Positions 50,708 through 58,009 are shown, numbered from the stretch's first letter. The stretch is DNA of 64,000 nucleotides from a virus (IMGVR_UViG_3300028887_000002:32001-96000); one strand, 5' to 3'. A program made the numbers and translations. Notes: generated from the letters alone by a model not told the origin.

Positions 50708-51047
50708 CGAAGAATATATTACTTCAATAGTACGTCAAGTTATTAACGAAAGTCTTTCGGAAGGTTTCTTTGGTGACGCATTGAATTTCAGCCGTTATGA
50801 TTATACATTGTCAGTCGGTTCAAACCTTATTGATAAGTTCATTGATGACCTCAAGTCCCGTAACATTAGGTTCAAACTTGGTCGACCAATAGAAGGTGGT
50901 GGTAATTTTGTCCATTTCAAATCTGAGAAAGATTATGACCGAGCAAGTGAAATATACGATAGCGAACTGATGAATACCTACGGGCGTAGTATCGCCGAAG
51001 GTTGTAAAAAATCGAAAAAAGGACTATTTTCTAAATATATAAATTAA
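50691..51047 (+). CDS. hypothetical protein with INE leader
   Basis: MVKRVSEEYITSIVRQVINES. Confidence 0.65.
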   Translation: MVKRVSEEYITSIVRQVINESLSEGFFGDALNFSRYDYTLSVGSNLIDKFIDDLKSRNIRFKLGRPIEGGGNFVHFKSEKDYDRASEIYDSELMNTYGRSIAEGCKKSKKGLFSKYIN

Positions 51048-51057
51048 GTTTTAGACT

Positions 51058-53046
51058 ATGGCATCAACTAACAGACCAACAATATACCAGCGTCTATCCA
51101 ATGTGTTTGGTAACAGTACGGTAATACCAGTTGACTATAATGGAAACAACAAGCGTGTAAACCGTTATGAACTGAATAACAGTGATGTATTATTCACCAC
51201 GACAAACAAGGATGAATATGAACGCAAGAAACTTGAACTGAAACAACAGCATTTACTTGCAAGGCAGTGGAAAAAGGCACAGTACGACATATCGTTTATG
51301 TCACTGGCAAGTCTCAGTAACGTACAGATGATGTACCGTGAGGCCGACCTTATGGACCAGTTTCCTGAAATCGGTACGGCACTTGATGTATTTATGGAAG
51401 AATCAACATATACACCAAACAAAGGGTTTATGGTTAACATATCTTCCAAGTCGAATCGTATCAAATCAATACTTTCGGATTTGCTTGTCAACAGGCTTTC
51501 GATTAATGTTACCCTTCCGATGATTTGCCGTAGCACCTGTAAGTACGGTAATACCTTTATGCTTTTGAATATTGATAAGGATAATGGTATTATCGGATGG
51601 CGGCAACTCCCAGTATATGAGATGCAACGGTTTGAAAACGACAATGAAAATCCTTATGCTTCGGCATTTATACCTACTAACCCAGACATTGATACAGATA
51701 AACCTGATACAACTAAATTTGTGTGGGTTGGAAAAAGTGAGTTTACCCCATATAGAAACTGGCAGATAGCACATTTCAGACTGCTCTATGATTCCATATT
51801 CTTACCATATGGCATGTCAATTTTGAACAAGGCACGTAGACACTGGCGCATGCTATCAATGATGGAGGATATGATGCTGTTATATAGACTTGAAAGGTCA
51901 GTGGAGCGTAGGGTATTCAAGGTTTATGTCGGCGCAATTGACGATGAAGACGTCCCTGCATATGTTGACGATATTGCAAACAGATTCAAGAGGACACAAG
52001 TAATTGACCCCGAAACTGGCCAGTTGGATTTGAGGAAGTGTGTACTTAACCAAGGCGATGATTTCTTTATCCCTACCCGCGACGAAAACGCATCAAGCCC
52101 TATTGAAACACTTCCAGCAGCACAGAATCTTACCGCTATGGACGATATAAAGTTTGTTCAGAATAAATTATGCACCGCATTGAGGGTTCCAAAACCGTTC
52201 CTTAACTTTGAGGAAGAGAAGGGCGAAGGAAAGAACCTTTCATTGCTTGACGTAAGGTTTACAAGAACAGTCAATATGATACAGCAGATGATACTGCTAG
52301 AACTCAACAAGGTTTGCGTTATACACCTGTATCTTTTAGGGTTCACAGATGACCTTACTAATTTCTCCCTTTCAATGAACAACCCGTCGTCACAGGCTGA
52401 GATGCTTGAGATTGAAAACATCGCCAAGAAGGTTCAGACCGCAAAGGATGCTGTTTCCGACCCAGGTGGCGGTATACCGCTTATGTCTATGACACGCGCA
52501 TGGAAGGAAGTTATGGGTTGGTCTGAAAAGGAAATTGAACAAAACTGGAACGAAATGCGACTTGAAAAGGCATTGGCACAGGAACTTGCACAGACCAGTG
52601 CAATCATTAAGCGTACTGGTGTATTCGATAGTGTTGATAACATCTATGGTGAACCTGGCGCCGAATATCCTGAAGGACAACAAGGTGGCGAAGGTGGTGA
52701 GGAAGGTGGTATGCCTGGTGGTGGCGGAGGAGGCTTCGGTGGTGGCCTTGACTTCGGTGGCGACATGGGTGGTGACCTTTCTGGTGCTGAAGGTGAGATG
52801 GATATGGGTACTGCCGCAGGTGAAGATATGGGTGGTGCTCCTGATATGGGCGGTGGAATGCCCGAACCTCCTGCTGGCGGTAAAGACGGTGGTAATGAAC
52901 CCCCACAACCTATGATGGAATCTAACGGACAAGTTTCATTGTTTGATAAGGCGTTTTTGGTCAATGAGGAACTTAATTCGGTGGCAAACGGTCTTAGGAA
53001 ATATCTCAGCGAAACAAAAGAAAATGACAATATATTCGATAAATAA
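51058..53046 (+). CDS. portal protein (T4 gp20-like)
   Basis: L.MMED.ML.YRL.R..ERRVF, DDFFIP.R, IETLP, ALRVP motifs; Gly-rich tail. Confidence 0.9.
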   Translation: MASTNRPTIYQRLSNVFGNSTVIPVDYNGNNKRVNRYELNNSDVLFTTTNKDEYERKKLELKQQHLLARQWKKAQYDISFMSLASLSNVQMMYREADLMDQFPEIGTALDVFMEESTYTPNKGFMVNISSKSNRIKSILSDLLVNRLSINVTLPMICRSTCKYGNTFMLLNIDKDNGIIGWRQLPVYEMQRFENDNENPYASAFIPTNPDIDTDKPDTTKFVWVGKSEFTPYRNWQIAHFRLLYDSIFLPYGMSILNKARRHWRMLSMMEDMMLLYRLERSVERRVFKVYVGAIDDEDVPAYVDDIANRFKRTQVIDPETGQLDLRKCVLNQGDDFFIPTRDENASSPIETLPAAQNLTAMDDIKFVQNKLCTALRVPKPFLNFEEEKGEGKNLSLLDVRFTRTVNMIQQMILLELNKVCVIHLYLLGFTDDLTNFSLSMNNPSSQAEMLEIENIAKKVQTAKDAVSDPGGGIPLMSMTRAWKEVMGWSEKEIEQNWNEMRLEKALAQELAQTSAIIKRTGVFDSVDNIYGEPGAEYPEGQQGGEGGEEGGMPGGGGGGFGGGLDFGGDMGGDLSGAEGEMDMGTAAGEDMGGAPDMGGGMPEPPAGGKDGGNEPPQPMMESNGQVSLFDKAFLVNEELNSVANGLRKYLSETKENDNIFDK

Positions 53047-53070
53047 TAATTAACATAAATTTTTTGAATT

Positions 53071-53283
53071 ATGAACTGGAAGAAATGGGTTGCTGTTGGG
53101 ATAGCAACAGCAATAGTTATTACGGGAATTGTTTTGCATCTCGTACAACCGACAATCAGTTTCGCATGGACTGAACTGATGTGTACAGGTACATTCATCG
53201 GCGGTGGTATCGCTGGATATTTGTTCGGCAAGAACAATCCAGTTGTTGAACCGAAAGAAGAAAAACAGATTCTGAACGACTAG
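53071..53283 (+). CDS. small two-TM membrane protein
   Basis: Two hydrophobic helices. Confidence 0.65.
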   Translation: MNWKKWVAVGIATAIVITGIVLHLVQPTISFAWTELMCTGTFIGGGIAGYLFGKNNPVVEPKEEKQILND

Positions 53284-53293
53284 AATTAAAGAA

Positions 53294-53367
53294 GACCACG
53301 TGCTAGAATTGGTTAATAGGTCGGTCTGCAAAACCGATTTTTAGTGGTTCAAGTCCACTCGTGGCCT
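53294..53367 (+). tRNA. tRNA-Cys(GCA)
   Basis: Cloverleaf; loop CT-GCA-AA; U73. Confidence 0.88.
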
Positions 53368-53380
53368 CAAGTGAAACAAG

Positions 53381-53407
53381 AAAAGCCTGACGTTTGCCAG
53401 GCTTTTT
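53381..53407. terminator. intrinsic terminator
   Basis: AAAAGCCTG...CAGGCTTTT. Confidence 0.7.
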
Positions 53408-53521
53408 GCGTTGTGAAAACACAACAGGGTTATTAACTGTTGTTTTAGAAAAAAAGTCTCAGGGACTATCACAAAACCACGTTTAGCCGACACTTAATGG
53501 TGTGAGAGTTTGAGACATTTG

Positions 53522-53603
53522 CGGAGAGGACAGGACTCGAACCTGCAAGTCCAGAGGACGGTGGTTTTCAAGACCACTGCATTACCAATTATGCTACCTC
53601 TCC
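53522..53603 (-). tRNA. tRNA-Ser(TGA)
   Basis: Cloverleaf with long variable arm; G73. Confidence 0.92.
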
Positions 53604-53622
53604 AGTTAGCAAAGTAATGCTT

Positions 53623-53715
53623 TGGCGGAGAGAGGGAGGCTCGAACTCCCGCGCCAGATTTCTCTGGCCTATCGGTTTAGCAAACCGACCCCTTCACCAA
53701 CTTGGGTATCTCTCC
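53623..53715 (-). tRNA. tRNA-Ser(GCT)
   Basis: Cloverleaf with long variable arm; encoded CCA. Confidence 0.95.
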
Positions 53716-53730
53716 ATTAATAAATCGTTG

Positions 53731-53801
53731 TTATCCCTGGAGGAATCGAACCTCCACGACCAGAACCAAAATCTGGTGCACTACCATTATGCAAAGGGAC
53801 A
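53731..53801 (-). tRNA. tRNA-Gln(TTG)
   Basis: CCAGA-TTTTGGT-TCTGG anticodon arm; U1-A72. Confidence 0.9.
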
Positions 53802-53808
53802 TTTTAAG

Positions 53809-53883
53809 CACTCTGGATGGGACTCGAACCCATAAATCTCCACCGTGAAAGGGTGGTGTCCTAACCTATTAGACGACCAGAGC
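53809..53883 (-). tRNA. tRNA-Glu(TTC)
   Basis: CCACC-CTTTCAC-GGTGG anticodon arm. Confidence 0.92.
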
Positions 53884-54160
53884 AAAAAAGTGACAGATTT
53901 CTTCAAGTTTTTTAATTTTTTGTTCTAGCCAGTGTTTTAAAACTTGGTGCGTGGCCAGCACTTTACCAGTTCTGTCAAACATTCCATAAAACAGTTCACT
54001 GCCTCAACCTCTCTTTAAACATTTACAGAAGACTTATCGCTTTCTTGTTCTTGCTGGGCGCCAATCCAACAAGGAAAACTTGCTCCTATGTTCCGTGGAA
54101 TAGCCTCTACCACGAGTCAAAATTTAGATTAGAAACGTCTTAGTGACCACCGACGTTTTG

Positions 54161-54234
54161 CGGTGTGTATGGGACACGAACCCATGACCCTCGGCGTGAT
54201 AGACCGATATTCTAACCTACTGAACTAACACACC
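54161..54234 (-). tRNA. tRNA-Asp with unusual ATC anticodon
   Basis: TCGGT-CTATCAC-GCCGA anticodon arm; G73; Asp-like body. Confidence 0.85.
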
Positions 54235-54241
54235 ATAATAA

Positions 54242-54374
54242 AATCCTCATCAGGACTTGAACCTGAACTTCCTTCTTGCTTGCACACAGGATTACTTTTA
54301 CGGTTGCCTCACCAACCTCTCTGTACTGATGTTATCTCGGAGCGAGGGTTTACCAGTTCCCCTTCAGTTTGGAT
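54242..54374 (-). ncRNA. tRNA-like RNA with expanded central region
   Basis: D-like arm AGGG-GAACTGGTAAA-CCCT; T-arm TCAGG-TTCAAGT-CCTGA; weak acceptor stem. Confidence 0.45.
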
Positions 54375-54393
54375 TGTTGTGTGTTCGCCATTG

Positions 54394-54465
54394 TAGCCTG
54401 ACCAAGAATCGAACTTGAATCTGCGGTTTAGAAAACCGTCGTTCTATCCATTGAACTATCAAGCC
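54394..54465 (-). tRNA. tRNA-Arg(TCT)
   Basis: Loop TT-TCT-AA; AATGGATA D-loop. Confidence 0.88.
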
Positions 54466-54466
54466 A

Positions 54467-55050
54467 TATCGAGAGTTTCTTTTCACTCCCAAGCCACTAT
54501 CTTCTATATTTAGAAGGTCGCGAGTACGGAGACGACCATTGGTGTTTCACCGAGGGCAAGCCCGCAAACCACTCGCTTGACCGCAAGCATCTCCCGTTTT
54601 TTTACGGGGCTTCCGTCGCAGTGACTTGAACGCATAATTCCGTTTTCTACGGAAATTCATAGAAAACATTCTTTTCCTGCTTCGCCGAGCCACAACTTCT
54701 TAGGCCACTCGCGTGACGGTCGTCCATTGGAGGGTTCTCCACAGGCGTAAATTCGGGCGAACTCAGCCCTACTCACAATATTTTTAGCCCTTCGTCCCTG
54801 ATATTAAGGGTGGCGTTTGTTTTCGGTGGATTCTCTTTGTTCATCTCGGCAAGTCCATCCACCAGCAGATACCTGCAAGCCTTCCTTGTTTAGAGTCGCT
54901 ACGGTTAGAGGCTGTCATATCCGTCCACGACTTGATGGTGGCTGCCACTTAACGATGTAGTGCTTTCTGTCGGCTTTCACAACCACCATTACGTGTTATT
55001 ATCCGACCGCCAGCCTACGTCTACCTCACGGCAGTTGTCTGGTTTAAGTT
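54467..55050 (-). ncRNA. large structured ncRNA candidate
   Basis: About 580 nt, GC-enriched, many hairpins, no ORF in the track, between two tRNAs. Confidence 0.55.
54640..54788 (-). mobile_element. orphan TnpB omegaRNA scaffold / IS607-like mini-element
   Basis: Hairpin then GAATTTACGCCT.TGGAGA...GAAGCAGGAAA, matching the tnpB 3' end at 7190-7280; ends AACGG. Confidence 0.6.
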
Positions 55051-55052
55051 CG

Positions 55053-55134
55053 TAGCGGAGGCGGGAATCGAACCCGCGAGGCACAAGGGCACGAGATTAT
55101 GAGACTCGCCAGCTACCACTACTGACACTCCGCA
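55053..55134 (-). tRNA. tRNA-Met(CAT), initiator-like, with long variable region
   Basis: 1:72 mismatch; loop CT-CAT-AA; 14-nt variable region. Confidence 0.8.
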
Positions 55135-55140
55135 ATATCG

Positions 55141-55217
55141 CCGCACCGCCTCGACTCGAACGAAGACCTCATAACGCTTTTAACGTCATTGCACTACCAG
55201 TATTATGCTACAGTGCG
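55141..55217 (-). tRNA. atypical tRNA, anticodon AAA (Phe?)
   Basis: Good acceptor, D and T arms; ATGACG-TTAAAAG-CGTTAT anticodon arm. Confidence 0.65.
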
Positions 55218-55231
55218 TTTTTTTAATCAAA

Positions 55232-55327
55232 TGGTCGGTGTTGGATTCAAACCAACTCGATGAGTTCTTAGTATCATCTTAACCGCATTACTGGCGTACC
55301 GACTGTTCAACTATTCGGCAACCGACC
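55232..55327 (-). tRNA. atypical or degenerate tRNA-Tyr(GTA)
   Basis: Perfect acceptor stem; loop CA-GTA-AT; long variable arm; T-loop TTTGAAT. Confidence 0.55.
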
Positions 55328-55367
55328 ATTCTCCTAAGAAAGGAGTAGCATGAAAAGTAAAATTGTG

Positions 55368-55449
55368 TGGGAGGAGGAGGACTCGAACCTCCGAAGGTGT
55401 TACCCGCCTGATTTACAGTCAGGTGCAATTGCCACTATGCGACCCTCCC
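55368..55449 (-). tRNA. tRNA-Tyr(GTA)
   Basis: Canonical type II cloverleaf. Confidence 0.93.
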
Positions 55450-55460
55450 GTTAAAAAAAA

Positions 55461-55742
55461 CAGAACCCTTTGATTTAACCCGTGCATAGTAAATTGTTTG
55501 CTGTTATAGGGTTCCATGAAAAAACAGAAGTCTGGTGATGTTCCTTTTGTGTTTAACTTAAAAAATGCAGAAAGTTTTAAAAGTTTTGCTGTAAATGACT
55601 TCCATCATTGGGGAACCCGCTAAGAACCGTTGTAAAAATAAATGTAACGGTGAGAACATCAGCCCTCAATGTTTTAGAACAGAAGCCTAGAATTTTGGAT
55701 TAACAGTCCAGTCCTTAAAAAGGTTTTGCTGTAATGGCTTCC
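55461..55742 (-). repeat. array of three ACAGCAAA hairpin RNA units (55680-55742, 55525-55603, 55461-55515)
   Basis: GGAANNC-N3/4-ACAGCAAA-variable-GNNTTCTGTT; covarying closing stems GAAGCC/GGCTTC, GAAGTC/GACTTC, GAACCC/GGGTTC. Confidence 0.8.
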
Positions 55743-55815
55743 TTAAATATATTTTTTTTTTCAAATCCAATATGTCAAAGAACTTTGTCAACTTTTATTT
55801 TGTGGATTGACGACA

Positions 55816-55847
55816 CAAAGGTAAATATAATTATTGAGACTACCAAA
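55816..55847 (-). promoter_or_regulatory. Bacteroidota promoter driving the ncRNA/tRNA operon
   Basis: TTTG-N20-TACCTTTG. Confidence 0.72.
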
Positions 55848-55862
55848 AAAAATTATTTTTTT

Positions 55863-57203
55863 TTACTTGATATTTTTCTCGTATTCTACGAGTAATTTAT
55901 CAAGAAATTTTTGTCCGTCAAATCCAGCCTCCAAGAAGTTAAGAAGCATTGGGTTATACCCTGACATAAAGATATTGCCGTTTCTGTCCATTTCAGGACA
56001 AGTGATGTTACGGCTATTCAAGTTCCACCAAACAATCTTGGTTATATAACCCTTTTCTTTCCAAAGTTTTTCCAGTTCATCCTTCTTATATTTGGAACCT
56101 TCGTCAAATTCCATATCAGAAAGTATGACAAGAAATTCTGGGAGTTCATCCGTATCAAGCAAGAGTTCCATGACTTTTGCGAGGTCGGTATTGGAACAAT
56201 CACCAGTTATCATCGAACCGATTTCCTTGCTATAATTGGAGGTTCTGTCACCTATTGGCCTATCATCTGTATGATGGCATATGTGTTTGTGTTTTTCATT
56301 TCCCAATTCTATGATATGCGGGTAAGATGAAAAAGTGACCACGTGGTTGTTAAGGTATGTACTGCACTTACCAAGATAGTGACCGATAGATAAAGCCTTG
56401 CCAATTGAATCGTTTCGGTCGTACATACTTCCTGATGTATCAACTATAGGCATACAACTTATTGAAATCTTTTCCATCTGGTCAAAGACAATGTCTGCAT
56501 CAATCTTGCTGGCGTTCTTATAAATGTCGTATACGGTAGCCGTTGAGACATTCATCTTGGAAGTACCTTTCTTTACGCTATCAAGGTATTCGCTATATTT
56601 TGGGTTTATATCCTTGCGTGTATTAAAACACTTAGCATATTTTAACATTGCCAGTGACGGTATATGTTCAAACTCGATGTTTTCAACCTCGTTTCTTGAC
56701 AAAGTGTTCTCAATGGTATTGCATTTTATGAACTTACCATATGTCTGTTTATTCATGCCCCACTTTTTTGCAATTTGTCTTGCAATTAAGAGGTTTTTTG
56801 ATGCATAGCGTGGCATCCACTTCTTAATGAGTTCGTTTCCTTTTTCAATTTCAGACTTGAGGAACGAAAGAACTTCATCGGTTAGTCCGAATATAGCCAA
56901 AACATCGTCTGCGCGTCCTGATTTAACAATGCCCTCAATGTTGCACTGAGCAAGTTTCATAAGTCTTCTACCAAGGTCGCGTCTTCCTAAACCATAACGC
57001 GGGTCACGAATGAACCTTGCGAAGATTTTATCCTTTTCGGTTGTACCAATAAGGTCTTCGGTTACTTCACCCAAGTGATTCTGATAATATTCAGACAAAA
57101 ACAACAAGTTTATAAGGTTATTGTTGTTTGATACTTTGGTGTATGCAATGTCACCATTTTCAGTAGTCTTCACGTTAGCAAATGCTTCCATAATGTTTGT
57201 CAT
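55863..57203 (-). CDS. DUF2828 / TROVE-like protein with VWA domain (Ro60-related)
   Basis: TENG, RDPR.G.GRR, GR.DD, KWMPR, IPSLAM, DTSGSM (MIDAS), TFS, NTD, LSDMEFD, WWNL, SGY motifs. Confidence 0.85.
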   Translation of the reverse strand: MTNIMEAFANVKTTENGDIAYTKVSNNNNLINLLFLSEYYQNHLGEVTEDLIGTTEKDKIFARFIRDPRYGLGRRDLGRRLMKLAQCNIEGIVKSGRADDVLAIFGLTDEVLSFLKSEIEKGNELIKKWMPRYASKNLLIARQIAKKWGMNKQTYGKFIKCNTIENTLSRNEVENIEFEHIPSLAMLKYAKCFNTRKDINPKYSEYLDSVKKGTSKMNVSTATVYDIYKNASKIDADIVFDQMEKISISCMPIVDTSGSMYDRNDSIGKALSIGHYLGKCSTYLNNHVVTFSSYPHIIELGNEKHKHICHHTDDRPIGDRTSNYSKEIGSMITGDCSNTDLAKVMELLLDTDELPEFLVILSDMEFDEGSKYKKDELEKLWKEKGYITKIVWWNLNSRNITCPEMDRNGNIFMSGYNPMLLNFLEAGFDGQKFLDKLLVEYEKNIK

Positions 57204-57348
57204 ATTTTTTCCCTTTCTAAAATTTTCTATAAGTGAACGATTTGATTAACAACGGTTCTGATGGTTCATAGTTATTGTACTCCTTTGTTGGATGCAAGTT
57301 GACAATGATATTCATACTTTTTCTTTCATAGTTATTTTTTATTGGGTG

Positions 57349-57379
57349 CAAAGGTAAATCATTTTTTTGTAACTGCAAA
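57349..57379 (-). promoter_or_regulatory. Bacteroidota sigmaA-type promoter
   Basis: TTTG-N19-TACCTTTG upstream of the DUF2828 gene. Confidence 0.72.
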
Positions 57380-57955
57380 ACTTTTTTTAATTTTTTTTCG
57401 AGGTTTATATGCGCCACTCTTTTTACCATTCCTCCAATCCCAAATCGTCTTATAGTTAAAGACTTGTGGAACGGTATAGATATAATACAAACAGTCCAAA
57501 ATCTTCTTCTTCATCCATTCGGTGTTAGCGAATCTTGAATTAAATCCATATTCTATCACTACCACATCATTAACTGTATAAACTCTTGGTTGTGGTGATG
57601 TCGCCTTGTTTGACATGTCGCCCTTGAATCTTCCAATCCAAACTGAAAATCGGATGTCGGGTTTTCCATTGCCCTCGTGCTTGCGCCATGTCTCAACTTT
57701 GGAGGGGTGATTTGATAAACGTATCTTTATTGTGAAGGTCTTGTCACTTGAAACAACAACATCATAGAAACTGTTACCTTCTCCACCCATTTCCAGTGAA
57801 TCTGCTAAAAATAACAGTAGGCTGTCATCCGTTCCGTTCTCGTTGTGTTCCTGATTTCTGTAGTGCTTGATGAATTTTAGGGCATTCCATCTTTTCTTGG
57901 CAAACCATTCAACCGTTGCCTTGTCCAATCTGTCAAAATATCGTCTATTTGCCAT
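57359..57955 (-). CDS. hypothetical protein
   Basis: Start MANRR after TATTTATA (57986-57979); IRLSNH motif. Confidence 0.65.
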   Translation of the reverse strand: MANRRYFDRLDKATVEWFAKKRWNALKFIKHYRNQEHNENGTDDSLLLFLADSLEMGGEGNSFYDVVVSSDKTFTIKIRLSNHPSKVETWRKHEGNGKPDIRFSVWIGRFKGDMSNKATSPQPRVYTVNDVVVIEYGFNSRFANTEWMKKKILDCLYYIYTVPQVFNYKTIWDWRNGKKSGAYKPRKKIKKSFAVTKK

Positions 57956-58009
57956 AGGCTGAAAAATATTTCTACTATTATAAATAGTTTTTCGGACGCC
58001 TATTGGAAT

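Noticed and set aside
53617-53835. 72-aa plus-strand ORF
   Set aside because: Antisense to tRNA genes.
53891-53977. Hammerhead ribozyme
   Set aside because: Three-way junction lacks CTGATGA, and GAAA is in the wrong position.
54467-55050. RNase P RNA, tmRNA or group I intron (IStron)
   Set aside because: No GAGGAAAGTCC P4 motif, no tRNA-Ala-like termini, and no convincing P7 elements found by eye.
55461-55742. CRISPR array
   Set aside because: The repeats are not identical direct repeats, unit lengths vary, conservation is structural, and no cas genes are present.
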